From assembly GCA_028826165.1 (NCBI GenBank), contig JAPDFW010000097.1, positions 181,531-245,530 on the forward strand: a stretch of DNA of 64,000 nucleotides, written 5' to 3'. The notes under the pieces are model-generated. The model did no database searches, had not been told where the DNA came from, and saw only the letters and a program-made list of their open reading frames with translations. Each line of letters starts with the position of its first letter. The stretch's first letter is position 1. The position numbers were made by a program, and so were the translations under genes. The stretch is from Anaeramoeba ignava BMAN (lineage: Eukaryota; Protista; Anaeramoebae). Shown here piece by piece: positions 24,851 through 38,324 of the stretch.

Positions 24851-25087
24851 AATGAATTTAAATTTAATTATTATTAATTTCTATTTTCAATTTTTATTTT
24901 TATTTATTATTTTAAAATTATTTAATTTTTTTCAAAATTTATTAATTAAATTTTTAATAATATTTTTAAATAAAAATTAAATTTTTAAAATTAGATTTGT
25001 TTCTTATTTATTAATTTGAAGAAATTAATTTGATTGAAAGTAAATGAAAATTAAATTGAATTTTGAAAAAGAAAAGGAAATTAATTT

Positions 25088-26518
25088 TTAAATGAAATAA
25101 CTTTCAAGTTCATCAGTAACCCATTTATCAGGAGGACCAGCTAAATAATTTTTAGCTTCATCTGTATCGTGAATCATTCCATCAGGTAGATTATAATTAG
25201 AATCAATATTTGAATAACCAGGTTGTAAATTATGAACTAAATAAAAATCATTCCCATAACCACCACCAAAAACTGGACCATAATAAAAACCAGACCAAGT
25301 TGAACGACCTTGTTTATAAGTGAATCTTTCAGGTTTTCTATCCCCTTTATCATTTCTTAATGAAAAAATAAATGAACTTGAATCATAAATATCTTTTCCA
25401 TTTATTGAATATGTATATCCAACTTCAGTAAATCCTCCAAAAATAAAATTATCTTTGGTTTTGATAATAACTAATGTTTTTCCTTTCCCATCAACTGCTT
25501 TATGCCATTTTTGAGAAGAAAATCCATCTCTTTTTGCTGAAAATCCTTTTTTCATTTTGGAAAAGAATTCATCATCATTTATCCATTCTTTTAATTTCTT
25601 GATATATTCAATTTCTTTAACAATTTCTGAATCAAATTTAATTCTTGATTTGAAAATGAATGAATTTTCTTTTTCAATAAATTCTTTGAATTCTTTTTCA
25701 TCATTTTCATTTTGAAGTTTTTGGAATTGAGTTAATTTTCTGAACATTTCATTTGGAATTAAATCTTCTTTTAAAGTATCTTTAAGTTCTTCACTTGTAA
25801 GATCAATAAATCTGATTTTATCAATAATATTGGAAATTTGATTTTGTAATTTTTCTTTTTCTTCTTTATTCAGTTCTTTTTCTTTATTAATAATTAATTT
25901 ATGTTTTCCCCATTTTATTATTGATTGAAATAGTTCAAATTCGTTTATTGTAAGTGCATCATTTGATAAAATTAAATTTAAATGATTTTCTTCAAGTTCA
26001 AGAAAATGAGAAGTTTTGATAAATTCATCAAAATTTTCAGAAATAAATCGATAAGAAGAATCTAATAATTGATTTAAATTCATTGATTCAGATAATTTAA
26101 GAACATCAACAATAGTTTCAAATTGTAAATTGTTTTTGATAAAATTTGAAGAAAATTCAATTAATTCATCAATTAAATATTTTGATGAAAAAATTAAAAT
26201 TTCAATTGCATTTTCTAAATTAATTTCAATTTTTCCTGAATAAAAATAATTCAAAATTGAAGATAGAATTGAACTTGAAACATCTTGAAGAATCAATTTA
26301 TTTTCTTGAAATTCTTTCATTTTGGATTTGAAAAGAGATTTAAAATAATGACTTCTTGAAGAAAGAGTTGATTTATGAGTTTTAAATGAAGTTTTGTTTT
26401 GTTCACAAATTATTTCAAAATCAAAATAACTTTCTTCTTGGTTTTCTTTTTGGTTTTGATTTTGAAATAAACTTTTTAAATCGTTTGAAAGTTTTTCTAA
26501 ATTTGAATAAGTTTCCAT
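25088..26518 (-). CDS. BTB/POZ-BACK-TLDc domain protein
   Basis: BTB (DFEIIC...FKTHKSTLSSRSHYFKSLF...MKE), BACK (FLELEENHL..ILSNDAL..NEFELF..IIKW) and TLDc (FSAKRDGFSSQKWHKAVDGKGKTLVIIKT..NFIFGGFT...YGPVFGGG). First ATG at 26518. Confidence 0.92.
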   Translation of the reverse strand: METYSNLEKLSNDLKSLFQNQNQKENQEESYFDFEIICEQNKTSFKTHKSTLSSRSHYFKSLFKSKMKEFQENKLILQDVSSSILSSILNYFYSGKIEINLENAIEILIFSSKYLIDELIEFSSNFIKNNLQFETIVDVLKLSESMNLNQLLDSSYRFISENFDEFIKTSHFLELEENHLNLILSNDALTINEFELFQSIIKWGKHKLIINKEKELNKEEKEKLQNQISNIIDKIRFIDLTSEELKDTLKEDLIPNEMFRKLTQFQKLQNENDEKEFKEFIEKENSFIFKSRIKFDSEIVKEIEYIKKLKEWINDDEFFSKMKKGFSAKRDGFSSQKWHKAVDGKGKTLVIIKTKDNFIFGGFTEVGYTYSINGKDIYDSSSFIFSLRNDKGDRKPERFTYKQGRSTWSGFYYGPVFGGGYGNDFYLVHNLQPGYSNIDSNYNLPDGMIHDTDEAKNYLAGPPDKWVTDELESYFI

Positions 26519-26759
26519 TTTATTCAAAAATTTTGAAAAGAAAAAAATGGAAAAAATTAATAAACAGAAAAAAATTTAATAAAGGAAGGCAAAAAAAAAA
26601 TTAATAAAGGAAGGCAAAAAAAAATTTTTTTTATTGATCATTTTAAATTAATTCCAATTTATTTTATTTTAAATTTAAAAACAAATTTCCAAATTAATAT
26701 TAATTCAATTTAATTCAAAAAAAAGATAAAATTTTAATTTCAAAAAAATCAATTTTCAA

Positions 26760-28630
26760 AATATTTTTAAATAATAAATTATTTAAATTTAAAACAATAA
26801 ATTATTATTTTAATAATAAAATTAAATATTAAATTATATTTTTAAATTAATTTATAAATCAAATATTAAATTAAATCTATTCTTATTTTTTATATTTATA
26901 TGTTAAATATTTAAATAATAAAATATTTAAATATAAAACAATAAATTATTATTTTAAACATAAAATTAAATATTAAATTATATTTTTTAAATTAATTTAT
27001 AAATCAAATATTAAATTAAATCTATTCTTATTTTTATATTTATATGTTAAATATTTTTAAATAATAAAATATTTAAATTTAAAAACATTAAATTATTATT
27101 TTAATAATGGAATTAAATATTAAATTATATTTTTAAATTAATTTATAAATTGAATATTAAATTAAATTTATTTTCATTTTTATATTTATATGTTAAATAT
27201 TTAAATAATAAAATATTTAAATCATAAAACAATAAATTATTATTTTAAATATAAAATTAAATATTAAATTATATTTTTAAATTAATTTATAAATCAAATA
27301 TTAAATTAAATCTATTCTCATTTTTTATATTTATATGTTAAATATTTAAATAATAAAATATTTAAATCTAAAACAATAAATTATTATTTTAATAATAAAA
27401 TTAAATATTAAATTATATTTTTAAATTAATTTATAAATCAAATATTAAATTAAATCTATTCTTATTTTTATATTTTTATGTTAAATATTTAAATAATAAA
27501 ATATTTAAATCTAAAACAATAAATTATTATTTTAATAATAAAATTAAATATTAAATTATATTTTTAAATTAATTTATAAATCAAATATTAAATTAAATCT
27601 ATTCTTATTTTTTTATATTTTTATGTTAAATATTTAAATAATAAAATATTTAAATCTAAAAACAATAAATTATTATTTTAATAATGGAATTAAATATTAA
27701 ATTATATTTTTAAATTAATTTATAAATTGAATATTAAATTAAATCTATTCTTATTTTTTATATTTTATGTTAAATATTTAAATAATAAAATATTTTAAAT
27801 CTAAAACAATAAATTAGTATTTTAATAATAAAATTAAATATTAAATTATATTTTTAAATTAATTTATAAATTGAATATTAAATTAAATTTATTCTTATTT
27901 TTTATATTTTTATGTTTAAATATTTTAAATAATAAAATATTTAAATCTAAAACAATAAATTATTATTTTAATAATAAAATTAAATATTAAATTATATTTT
28001 TAAATTAATTTATAAATTAAATATTAAATTAAATCTATTCTTATTTTTTATATTTATATGTTAAATATTTAAATAATAAAATATTTAAATCTAAAACAAT
28101 AAATTATTATTTTAATAATAAAATTAAATAATAAAATATATTTTTAAATTAATTTATTAATTGAATATTAAATTAAACATATTCTCATTTTTTATATTTA
28201 TATGTTAAATATTTAAATAATAAAATATTTAAATCTAAAACAATAAATTATTATTTTAAACATAAAATTAAATAATAAATTATATTTTTAAATTAATTTC
28301 TAAATTAAATATTAAATTAAATCTATTCTTATTTTTTATATTTATATATTAAATATTTAAATAATAAAATATTTAAATTTAAAACAATAAATTATTATTT
28401 TAAACATAAAATTAAATATTAAATTATATTTTTAAATTAATTTATAAATCAAATATTAAATTAAATCTATTTCCATTTTTATATTTTTATGTTAAATATT
28501 TAAATAATAAAATATTTAAATCTAAAACAATAAATTATTATTTTAAACATAAAATTAAATATTAAATTATATTTTTAAATTAATTTATAAATTAAATATT
28601 AAATTAAATCTATTCTTATTTTTTATATTT
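26760..28630. repeat. AT-rich tandem array, ~140-bp unit, ~13 copies
   Basis: AAAACAATAAATTATTATTTT and AAATCTATTCTTATTTT recur about every 140 bp. Confidence 0.92.
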
Positions 28631-28783
28631 TTTGTGATTGAAATTTAGAAAAAAATTTTTTTAATTAAAAAAAAAAAAACGTTTTTTAATCAAACGTTTT
28701 TTAAATTATTTTTTTTTTTTAAAAAAATTTGTTTTTGTTTTTTCATTATTTTATTCTTCTTTTTTTAAATTTTAAATTAAAAA

Positions 28784-29920
28784 ATGGATTCAAATGAAAA
28801 TTTAACTTTTAAAATTATTGTAATTGGAGATTCAAGTAAATTTAAATTTTTAAATTTTTTAATTTTTTAATTTTTAATTTTTAATTTTTTAATTTTTTAA
28901 TTTTTTAATTTTTTAATTTTAAAATAAAATAGATGTTGGAAAAAGTAGTTTAATGGAAAGATTTACTGTAAAAAAAAAATTATTTAAATAAATTTTTTGC
29001 TTTTTTTTTATTAATAAATTTATTCCATTTTTTTTTTTTGGAATTTTTATTTTAAAATAGAATAATGCTTTCCTTGAAAATTTTATTACAACTATTGGAG
29101 TTGATTTTGTAAATTTTTAAATTTTTTAAATTGAAATTTTTTTTTTTTCAAATTTGATTAATTTTTTTCTTTTTTTTTTTATTTAAATTGTTTTTAGAAA
29201 GTTCGAGATTTTCAAAATTTTGGAAAAATATTAAATTACAAATTGTAAGGAAGAATATTTAAAAATGAAATTAAAATTCAAATGGAATTTAAATTAAAAG
29301 TGGAACAAAAAAAAATTTTTTCCTTTTAAAAATTTGATTAGTGGGATACAGCAGGTCAAGAAAGATTCAGAACTGTAACCCGAAGTTTTTATAGGTATAT
29401 TTAAATCATTTACAATTCATTTCAAATACAAAAATTTTTAATTCATTTTATTGATTCCATTTACAAAAAACAATAGAGGAGCAAATGGAGTTGTTATTGT
29501 TTATGATATTACAAACAGAAAATCATTTGAAAATTTACAAAAATGGATTGAAGATGTTAAATTATATTCAAATAATGATCCTCAAATTCTTGTTTTAGGA
29601 AATAAATCAGATCTTACTGAAAGAAAAGTTATTTCAACTGAAGCAGCAAAAGTAAAAAAAAAATATTTTTTTTGTTCCACTTTTTTTTTAATTTAATTTT
29701 AATTTTAATTTTCATTTTAATTTAATTTAATTTAATTTAGAATTTTTCTTCTCAATTTGGTGCTTCTTTTTATGAAACAAGTGCTAAAGATTCAACAAAT
29801 GTTGATAAAGCTTTTTTTTCTCTTGCTTCAAAAATTCAAAAAAAATTATTTCCTTCTTTAAATGAAAAAATAACTTTAACTCTTGAAGAAAATCCAGAAA
29901 GAAGTTCTTGTTGTTTTTAA
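28784..29920 (+). CDS. Rab-family small GTPase (Rab1/8-like); 7 exons: 28784-28835, 28933-28967, 29061-29108, 29198-29244, 29342-29394, 29477-29651, 29741-29920
   Basis: Spliced: [62 protein letters not shown], C-terminal SSCCF* prenylation motif. All introns are GT-AG. One likely homopolymer indel in exon 4. Confidence 0.92.
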
Positions 29921-30035
29921 AAAACAAAATTAAAATTAATGTTTCATTTTCAATTCATTTTCAAATCAATTTATTTTTTAATTTTTTCAAATGAATTTTT
30001 GTTGTTTGTTTTTTTCTTTTTTCAAATAAAAATTT

Positions 30036-33000
30036 TTAAATTTGAAATAAATTAATCTGATTTTCAATGTTTTTCAAAATGATTTTTAAAGTATTAACCC
30101 AAAATTGTTTTTGTTCAACAGAATCACAAACAAAATCAAAAGGATCTTTTTTTGTTGAAATTGAAAAACAAAGTGATTTATCTAAAGAAGAAATTTTTTG
30201 AGCTTTTTTCATAATTTCTGTTTCAATTCCATCAATGATAGTATTTATTAATGAAAAATCCATTCTTTGAATCATTTTGGCACTATTTGTTTGCCAATAA
30301 AAAAATTTCAAGTCTAAACTAATTAAAAATTTTGTTGATTCCAAATTTCCATCTTGTTTTACTTTATTGATTTGAATTCCATTGCAAATGTATCTTTTCA
30401 CTTCCATTAAAAATTGTTTTTCATCTGAAAGGATATTTTCTGTTGAATTAATTGGGTAATTAAGGTTATCAATCAAAATTTTTTTGAAGTATTCCTTCAT
30501 ATTTGGTTGTAAAAATGGGTTATTTGATTGAATTTTTTTAATTTCATTTTTAATTTCATTATTAGATTCATCTTTAATTTCATCTTTTGATTCATTTTTA
30601 ATTTCATCTTTAATTTCATTATTTGATTCATTTTTAATTTCATTATTAGATTCATTTTTAATTTCATTATTTGATTCATCTTTAATTTCATTATTTGATT
30701 CATTATTAGATTCTTTATTTGATTCATCTTTAATTTCATTTTATTTGTTAATTTCATTATTTGATTCATTTTTAATTTCATTATTTGATTCATTATTTGA
30801 TTCATTTTTAATTTCATTATTTGATTCATCTTTAATTTCATTATTTGATTCATTTTTAATTTCATTATTTGATTCATTTTTAATTTCATTATTTGATTCA
30901 TTATTAATTTCATTATTAGATTCATTATTAGATTCTTTATTTGATTCATTTTTAATTTCATCTTTAATTTCATTATTTGATTCATCTTTCATCTTTAATT
31001 TATTAATTTCATTATTTGATTCATCTTTAATTTCATCTTTAATTTCATCTTTAATTTCATTATTTGATTCATTATTTGATTCATCTTTAATTTCATTATT
31101 AGATTCATCTTTAATTTCATCTTTAATTTCATTATTTGATTCATTTTTAATTTCATTATTTGATTCATCTTTAATTTCATTTTTAATTTCATTATTTGAT
31201 TCATTTTAATTTCATCTTTAATTTCATTTTTAATTTCATTTTTAATTTCATCTTTAATTTCATTATTTGATTCATTTTTAATTTCATCTTTAATTTCATT
31301 ATTTGATTCATTTTTAATTTCATCTTTAATTTCATCTTTAATTTCATCTTTAATTTCATTATTTGATTCATTTTTAATTTCATTATTTGATTCATTTTTA
31401 ATTTCATTATTAGATTCATTTTTAATTTCATCTTTAATTTCATCTTTAATTTCATCTTTAATTTCATTTTTTGATTCATTTTTAATTTCATTATTAGATT
31501 CATTTTTAATTTCATCTTTAATTTCATCTTTAATTTCATCTGTTTCATCTTTAAATCCAACTTTTGGTTTTTCTTTTGGTTTTTCTTTTGGTTTTTCTTT
31601 TGATTTTTCTTTTGTTTCAACTTTAATTTCTTCTTTGATTTCAGGTTTTGGTACTCTTCCTGTTTTGATTTCTTGAATTTTTTCATTAATTGCTGAAATC
31701 CACTTTTTTCTTTCTAAATCACTTGTAAAACTAAAACATATTTCTTGTTTGCTATTATTTTTTAAAAACAATCCAAATGGTTCATTTGGAAATTTCTTTT
31801 CTTCAATATTTGTAATTATATCAAGTGGTATTTTTTCTGTTGGATTTTTTTTCTAAATTAATTCATAAAAATGATAAATTTTAGAAAAATTCATTTTTTC
31901 ATTTTTTCAATTTGATTTGATAAATAAATTTACTATTTTTTCATTATTGTAAATATAAAGATGATATTCAGCTTGTGTTTTATCAAATACAAGAATCATG
32001 AAAAATGCTTTCCATTCTTTTTTTCGAAAAAATGATTTTTTCATCTTTTTTTGAATCCATCCTGTTGTTAATTGTTTTAAATCTTCTTGAGGATTTCCTT
32101 GATTTTTTTTTATTGTTGAAGTGTAATGTTCTTTTTTCTATTTTCGAAATTAAAATAATTTTAATAATAATTTTAAATATTATTTTTTTAAATATTTTTT
32201 TTTACTGCTTCTGTAATTGTTTTTTGAATTAAATCTGTCCAAGTTTTTTGAATTTCTTCAGATTCAAATTGAATAAATAGTGATTTTTCATGATTTTCAA
32301 CTGGAGCAAGCCTAAGAGCATAAGTATCTTCTGGAACTTTTGGATCTAAGATTTCACAATCCCATAATTCAATTTTTCCTTTTAAACCACTTAACTATTT
32401 TTTTTAAAATTCAAATTAAATAAGAATTTGGATTTGAATATTGAATTTTAATTTTAATTTTAATTTGAATTTTAATTTTAATTTTAATTTTAATTTTAAA
32501 TTTGAATTTTAATTTTAATTTTAATTTTAATTTTAATTTTAATTTTAATTTTAAATTTTGATTTTGGATTTTAAATTTGATTTTAATTTGAATTTGAATT
32601 TTAATTTTAATTTTAATTTTGAATTTGAATTTTAATTTTAATTTTAATTTTAATTTGAATTTTAATTTTAATTTTAATTTTAATTTTAATTTGAATTTGA
32701 ATTTTAATTTTAATTTTAATTTTAATTTTAATTTTAATTTTAATTTGGATTTGAATTTGAATATTAAATTTAAAATTGAATAAGATTTTGGATTTTAATT
32801 TTAATTTTGAATTTTAATTTGAATTTGGATTTTAATTTGAATATTAAATTTAAAATTGAATAAGATTTTGGATTTGGATTGAGAATTAAAATTAAAAAGA
32901 AAAATAACAAATTGTTAATTTTATGAAAAATTTTTTTGTCTTGTTGTTTTAAAAAAAAAATAAATAAAATACTTTTTCAGAATAATAAAGTAATTCTTTT

Positions 33001-33113
33001 TGAGTTAAAACAAAATAATGAGGAGTCCATTCATTTGGTTCTGTTGAAAATATTGATGACTTTTTATTTTGAAGAAAAAGAAAACCTTCAACGATTGTTT
33101 TTTTATTTGACAT
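30036..33113 (-). CDS. Multi-PH-domain protein: two N-terminal PH domains, acidic IKNESNNE/IKDE repeat linker and C-terminal PLC-type PH domain. Intron-containing, with frameshifts in the repeats.
   Basis: PH-like segments KWTPHYFVL...LKGKIEL...FESEEIQKTWTDLI, CFSFTSDLERKKWISAI and CFSISTKKDPFDFVCDSVEQKQFWVNTLK. ATG at 33113 follows a TTTCATTT motif. Confidence 0.7.
30535..31550 (-). repeat. Coding minisatellite of 12/24-bp units encoding (IKNESNNE/IKDE)n
   Basis: TTAATTTCATTATTTGATTCAT and TTAATTTCATCT repeat throughout. Confidence 0.9.
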
Positions 33114-33369
33114 TTTTTAAGAATTATTTTTTTTTTTCTTTGTTTTTGGAAAATAGAGAAAATAAATCAAAAAAAAATAAAAAGAAAAAAAATGAAAAAG
33201 AAAAAAAATAAGATAAAATTTTTTTTGCTTTTTTTTAATTAAAAAAAATAAATATTATTAATTTTTATTATTTTATTACTAATTTTTATTCTTTATTAAA
33301 ATTAATTACATCATTTTTTTCATTTTTTTATTTTTCATTTTTTTCATTTTTTTCCTTTTATTTTTTATA

Positions 33370-36114
33370 ATGAAAATTCCTTCTATTTTTTTAATTTTTT
33401 TGTTTATAATATTTTTACCATTTTTAGCAAGAAAACTTTTTAATTTAAAAGAGAATTTATTTGAAAAATCAAAAAATTCAATTTTATTTGATGATTTAAA
33501 TTTTGAAAATAAAACTGAAATTATTGAACAAGGTCTTTATTATTTACATAATCCTTTAGAAATTCCTCAAAAAAATACAATTGAAACTGTTAAATTACTT
33601 GAATTTATTGCAGAAAATGGACATTATAAAGCATTTCATAAAATTGGAAAGTTTTATGAAGTAATTTATATTATAAAATCTAAATATAAATCTAAATATA
33701 AATATAAATATAAATATAAATATAAATATAAATATAAATATAAATATAAATATAAATATAAATATAAATATAAATATAAATATAAATATAAATATAAATA
33801 TAAATATAAATATAAATATAAATATAAATAAATAAATATAAATATAAATATAAATATAAAATATAAAAATATAAATATAAATATAAATATAAATATAAAT
33901 ATAAATATAAATATAAATATAAATATAAATATAAATATAAATATAAATATAAATATAAATATAAATATAAATATAAATATAAATATAAATATAAATATAA
34001 ATATAAATATAAATATAAATATAAATATAAATATAAATATAAATATAAATATAAATAATATAAATATAAATATAAATATAAATATAAATATAAATATAAA
34101 TATAATTATAAATATAAATATAATTATAAATATTTTAAATAAATGTAAATATTTTAAATATAAATATTAATTTAAAAATTTGTTTTGATGTTTTTTTTAA
34201 AAAAAAAAGTACGGAGAAGGAGACTTGGAAGTAGATATGTGTTTAGCTAAAAAATATTATCAAAAATCAGCAGATTATGGAATAGCAATTTCACATTTAA
34301 AAATGGGTTTATTCAATTCAATCGGTAAATGTGGAGAACAAAATCAAGCAAAAGCATTAATTCATTTTGAACTAGCAAATCTCAATAAAAGTATTGTAGC
34401 AAAAATGATTCTTGCAAATCGAGCATATCAAGGATATAATTCACACCAAAGTTGCGAGAAAGCCGCACTTTATTATGAAAATATTGCATATCAAATATTC
34501 GAAAATGAAAGCGAAGAATATTCGTTTTCATCAAAAAGTATCAAAAAAATGCATAAAATTACCAGCTTGAAAGAAAAAGAGAAGAAAAAAAAAGATCCGA
34601 ATGTTGTTGAAATAACAAATGAAACTGATCAAAAAACAATACATTATTTCAATTCACTTGCAGAAGAAGGAAATGCAGAGGCGCAAAATGTGATGGGGAA
34701 AATCTATGAAATAGGGACTAAGACAACACCCCAGAACATTGATAAAGCGATGGAATATTATCAGAAGGCAGCGGATCAAGAATATGTTCCAGCGCTAAGA
34801 AATCTTGCGATCCAAAATTTATTTCCGGATAATTCAAAACCACAAAATATCTCCGGACTTTATTTGCTACTCGAGGCAGCATATCGTAACGATACAATAG
34901 CAATGAATATCATCAGTCAAATGTATCGTGAAGGATTATTTGTTGAGCGCAATGTAATGACAGCCCTTTCATGGGCGCAGAAGTCTGCCGAAAGAGGCGA
35001 CAAAGACGGACAGTATATATCCGGGATGATTCTTCTCAAGGAGCCTGAATTAGGCCATGATTACGCAACAGCAATGCTCTATTTTTTGGCAGCAGCTTCT
35101 CAAAAACATCCCTTTTCTATGTACCAAATCGGCAAAATGTATTTGAATGGATTGGGAGTCGAAAGAAAAAGTTGCCAACAAGCTGTTTTTTGGTTCAAAA
35201 AAGTCGCCGAATCTGTTGTTTTGCAAAAGAAAATTATTCCTGTTGAAGAAGATGTTCTTCAAGGAAAAACTATTGCTGCTATTAATCATTATGAGATTCT
35301 GGTTGAAATGGGGTTCTCAAAAGCTCTGTTTAATCTCGGCGCTCTTTATGAGAATCTTGATTTTGATTCGATGCAAAAATTATTCAAAAATTCACCCGAA
35401 TTTCAACAAGAATTTTCAGAGTTTCTAAACAATCAAAAAAATTCCGAAAAGAATTCACACTCAGAATCCGAAGAGGATTTTATCAAGAAAGCAATAGAAA
35501 AACAACGTGATTTGAAAATGCTCAAATATTACACACTTTCTGCTCAACAAGAACATTCTTTGGCAATTAAAAAATTGGGAGACATTTATTTTTATGGAAA
35601 AGCAGTTGAAATAAACTACAATACTGCGCTTAGATATTATCAACTTTCAAGCCAATTTGGAAACTATCAGGGATCATATTCAGTCGGTTATATTTATGAA
35701 AATGGATTTGGAAATATCGAGAAAAATTTTGATCAAGCTCTTAAGTTTTATAATCTTGCAAAGTCTCAAAATCCTAAAGCTTCACTTGCCATTAATTTGA
35801 TAAAAATTCGTTGCTATTTTAAATTCCTGTTTTATAGGCCAAAAAAAGCTATTTCAACCTTTCTCTTTGATGTTATTTTATCCAATCCTTTTAATTCTCC
35901 TCATTTTATTCAAAAAGTTGAACATTTCTCCTCAAGAATCAACGAATTGGGTGATGATATAATGAGTTTTTCACTAGATGGTGAACAAAATGATCCTAAT
36001 TCTAAAATTGATAATTTTGATTTGGATTTTCCTTTCAATTTTAAAATCTTATTTGTTGTTGTTTTGGGTGTTTCCCTCGTTATTATATTGATCTTTTTGA
36101 AACGTTTGGTTTAA
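33370..36114 (+). CDS. SEL1-repeat ER membrane protein (SEL1L/Hrd3-like); exons 33370-33660 and 34210-36114
   Basis: Signal peptide, many Sel1 repeats (AEEGNAEAQNVMGKIYEIG, LGDIYFYGKAVEINYNTALRYY, QSCEKAALYY) and a C-terminal TM. The GT-AG intron 33661-34209 is filled with (TATAAA)n. Confidence 0.88.
33677..34130. repeat. (TATAAA)n microsatellite inside an intron
   Basis: About 75 near-perfect hexamer copies. Confidence 0.95.
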
Positions 36115-36252
36115 AATTAAAATCAAAATTAAAACCAAAATCAAAATCAAAATCAAAATCAAAATTAAAATCAAAATTAAAATTAAAATTAAAATTAGAA
36201 TTAAAATGAATTTATTATTTTTGTTCTTCTTTTTAAAATAAAATTAAATTGA

Positions 36253-38229
36253 TTAATAACCATAAAGACGTCTTCTTCTCACTTCATTAACTTGGTAAAT
36301 GGAAGCAAAAATCAAAATAAAACCAAGTGTAATTATTGAAGGAGTTGAAACAGTTATCCATTCAATAAATATTTTTTGATTTAATTTTAAATAAATTAAT
36401 AATTCTTGAATAAATAAAATTAACATTGGAATTTGATAAATAAATAATGAAATGAAATTAATTTTAAGATAAGAATCGTAAGTAGAAGGTAAATTTCTAA
36501 CACTTTTCCATGAATCAGTATTTTTACGACAATATCTAAGATAAATAGGCCAAAATATAAATAATACTGTTGGAAGTATATCAATAATAAATAATGGAAT
36601 AAACATTGAATTTTGTGTAATTCCTGAAATATTTTGTTTATAAAGAATAAATAATATCATAAAAGTTGTAATTGGTATATTGAATATAAGAATATAAGAA
36701 AGCATAATGTTTTTCAAATAATCATCTTCATCTCTTATTTTCCTATAAGTAGTTACTGGGAAATAAATCCAAGCTCCAAATGAAGTTAAATGAGGAATTA
36801 ATAATATAAACCATGGAAATGAATTTGAATATTCTAATTTAATACTTAATAATATTAAAAATATTATTGTACTTATAACTGATATTATCATTGAAATTGT
36901 GAAATGATAACCATGTCGGTCATGCTTCTTAAAATAGAAACAAAATCCAATATAAAGTAAACAACAGAAAGATATTTCTAAAGGAAGAAATATATAAACA
37001 CAATTTGTTTCAATAATTAAATCAAGTTTTAACATTGATAATATAATTGCAATAAGGAATGATAATGAAAATAATATTGGAACAACGCCTGCTTCAAATA
37101 TTTTTAATGCTTTATCTATTTTTTCAGGATTTGGAGGATTTGGATGTGAATCAAAAAATTTAAAATCTCTCATTGCAAATTGATAAGAATCTTCAAATTT
37201 ATTGATTTGTTGAGTAAGTAATTTTTTTGGATTATTTTCAATCAATTCAATAATTTCTTGGTTGGTTATGAAGCCTTCTCTAAAATAAATTTGATATTTA
37301 TCATGTTTGATTTCTGGATATAATTTAGATTTTAAATCTTTATTTTGAGGTGTAATATAATATTGATTAGTAGGATCATAATTTGAATTAAATGGATCAT
37401 AAAGTGGATCATAAAGTGGACTATTTGGATCAAGAAGTGGATCATAAAGTGGATCATTTGGATCAAGAATCACTTCTTTTTTTTCTTTTTCTTTTTCAAT
37501 TTCTTTTTCTTTTAAATCAAAATTAATTTCTTCTTCTTTTTTTTGTTTTAATAATCTTTCATATTCTTCTTCAAAATATTTACAAATTCCAATTATTCCT
37601 CTAAAATTAAAATAACATGATTTTGTTGTTTGATATCTATAAGAGTAACTTGATACCATTAAGAAATCCAAGTAAGGAGCAGTTTTTCTTAAAGCATTTT
37701 TCCATAAAATAGGTTCATTTGAAATTCTTTGAAATTGAGAACAAGTTAATTCACAAATACAAAGATGATTTGGTTTATCAAGATATTCAAATATCATTAA
37801 AATAACTATTTTTATATTTAATTTAATTTAATTTAATTTAATTAATTATTTTAATTTATTAATTTTATTAAGTTTACGTTCTTCAGGTAACCAATCAAAA
37901 TAACTTTCATTTTCTTCTTTTCTTTCTTTTTCAATTTCTAAATCAATTTCTTTCTCATTTTCTTTTTCAATAAAATTTAAATTAATATCTGAATATAAAT
38001 CAATATTTTTATCTTCAAATTGCTCATAATTCTTTTTATTATTATTATTATTATTTTGATTATATCCATAATCATAATTATAATCATAAGTATCTTTTTC
38101 AATATAATTAACCATTTTATTTGCTTTGGAAGTTGGATAAATTTCTTTAATAAAAGCTTTGTAATCATTTTGTAAATAAATTTGTATAATTTGATAATAA
38201 GGTAATGGTTTATTTGGATTTAAATTCAT
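36253..38229 (-). CDS. F-box protein with C-terminal multipass (TMEM185-like) membrane domain, copy 1; intron 37806-37877
   Basis: The splice junction builds the F-box FDWLPEE|LILMIFEYLD..HLCICELTCSQFQRISNEPILWK. About 7 TM helices with LKLD/IFLPL/WITVSTP motifs. Confidence 0.85.
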
Positions 38230-38324
38230 TTTTTATTTTTTTTGAAAAGAAAAAAATGAAAAAAATATTTTTGAAATTTAAATTTATTATTTTTGTTCTT
38301 CTTTTTAAAATAAAATTAAATTGA

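Noticed and set aside
26760-28630. Regular repeats as a possible CRISPR array (also 1115-2212 and 46435-47555)
   Set aside because: The whole unit repeats with no unique spacers, there are no cas genes, and the context is eukaryotic.
30497-31686. MKLK-repeat and LISLFDS-repeat ORFs
   Set aside because: Alternative-frame and antisense readings of the coding minisatellite in the PH-domain gene.
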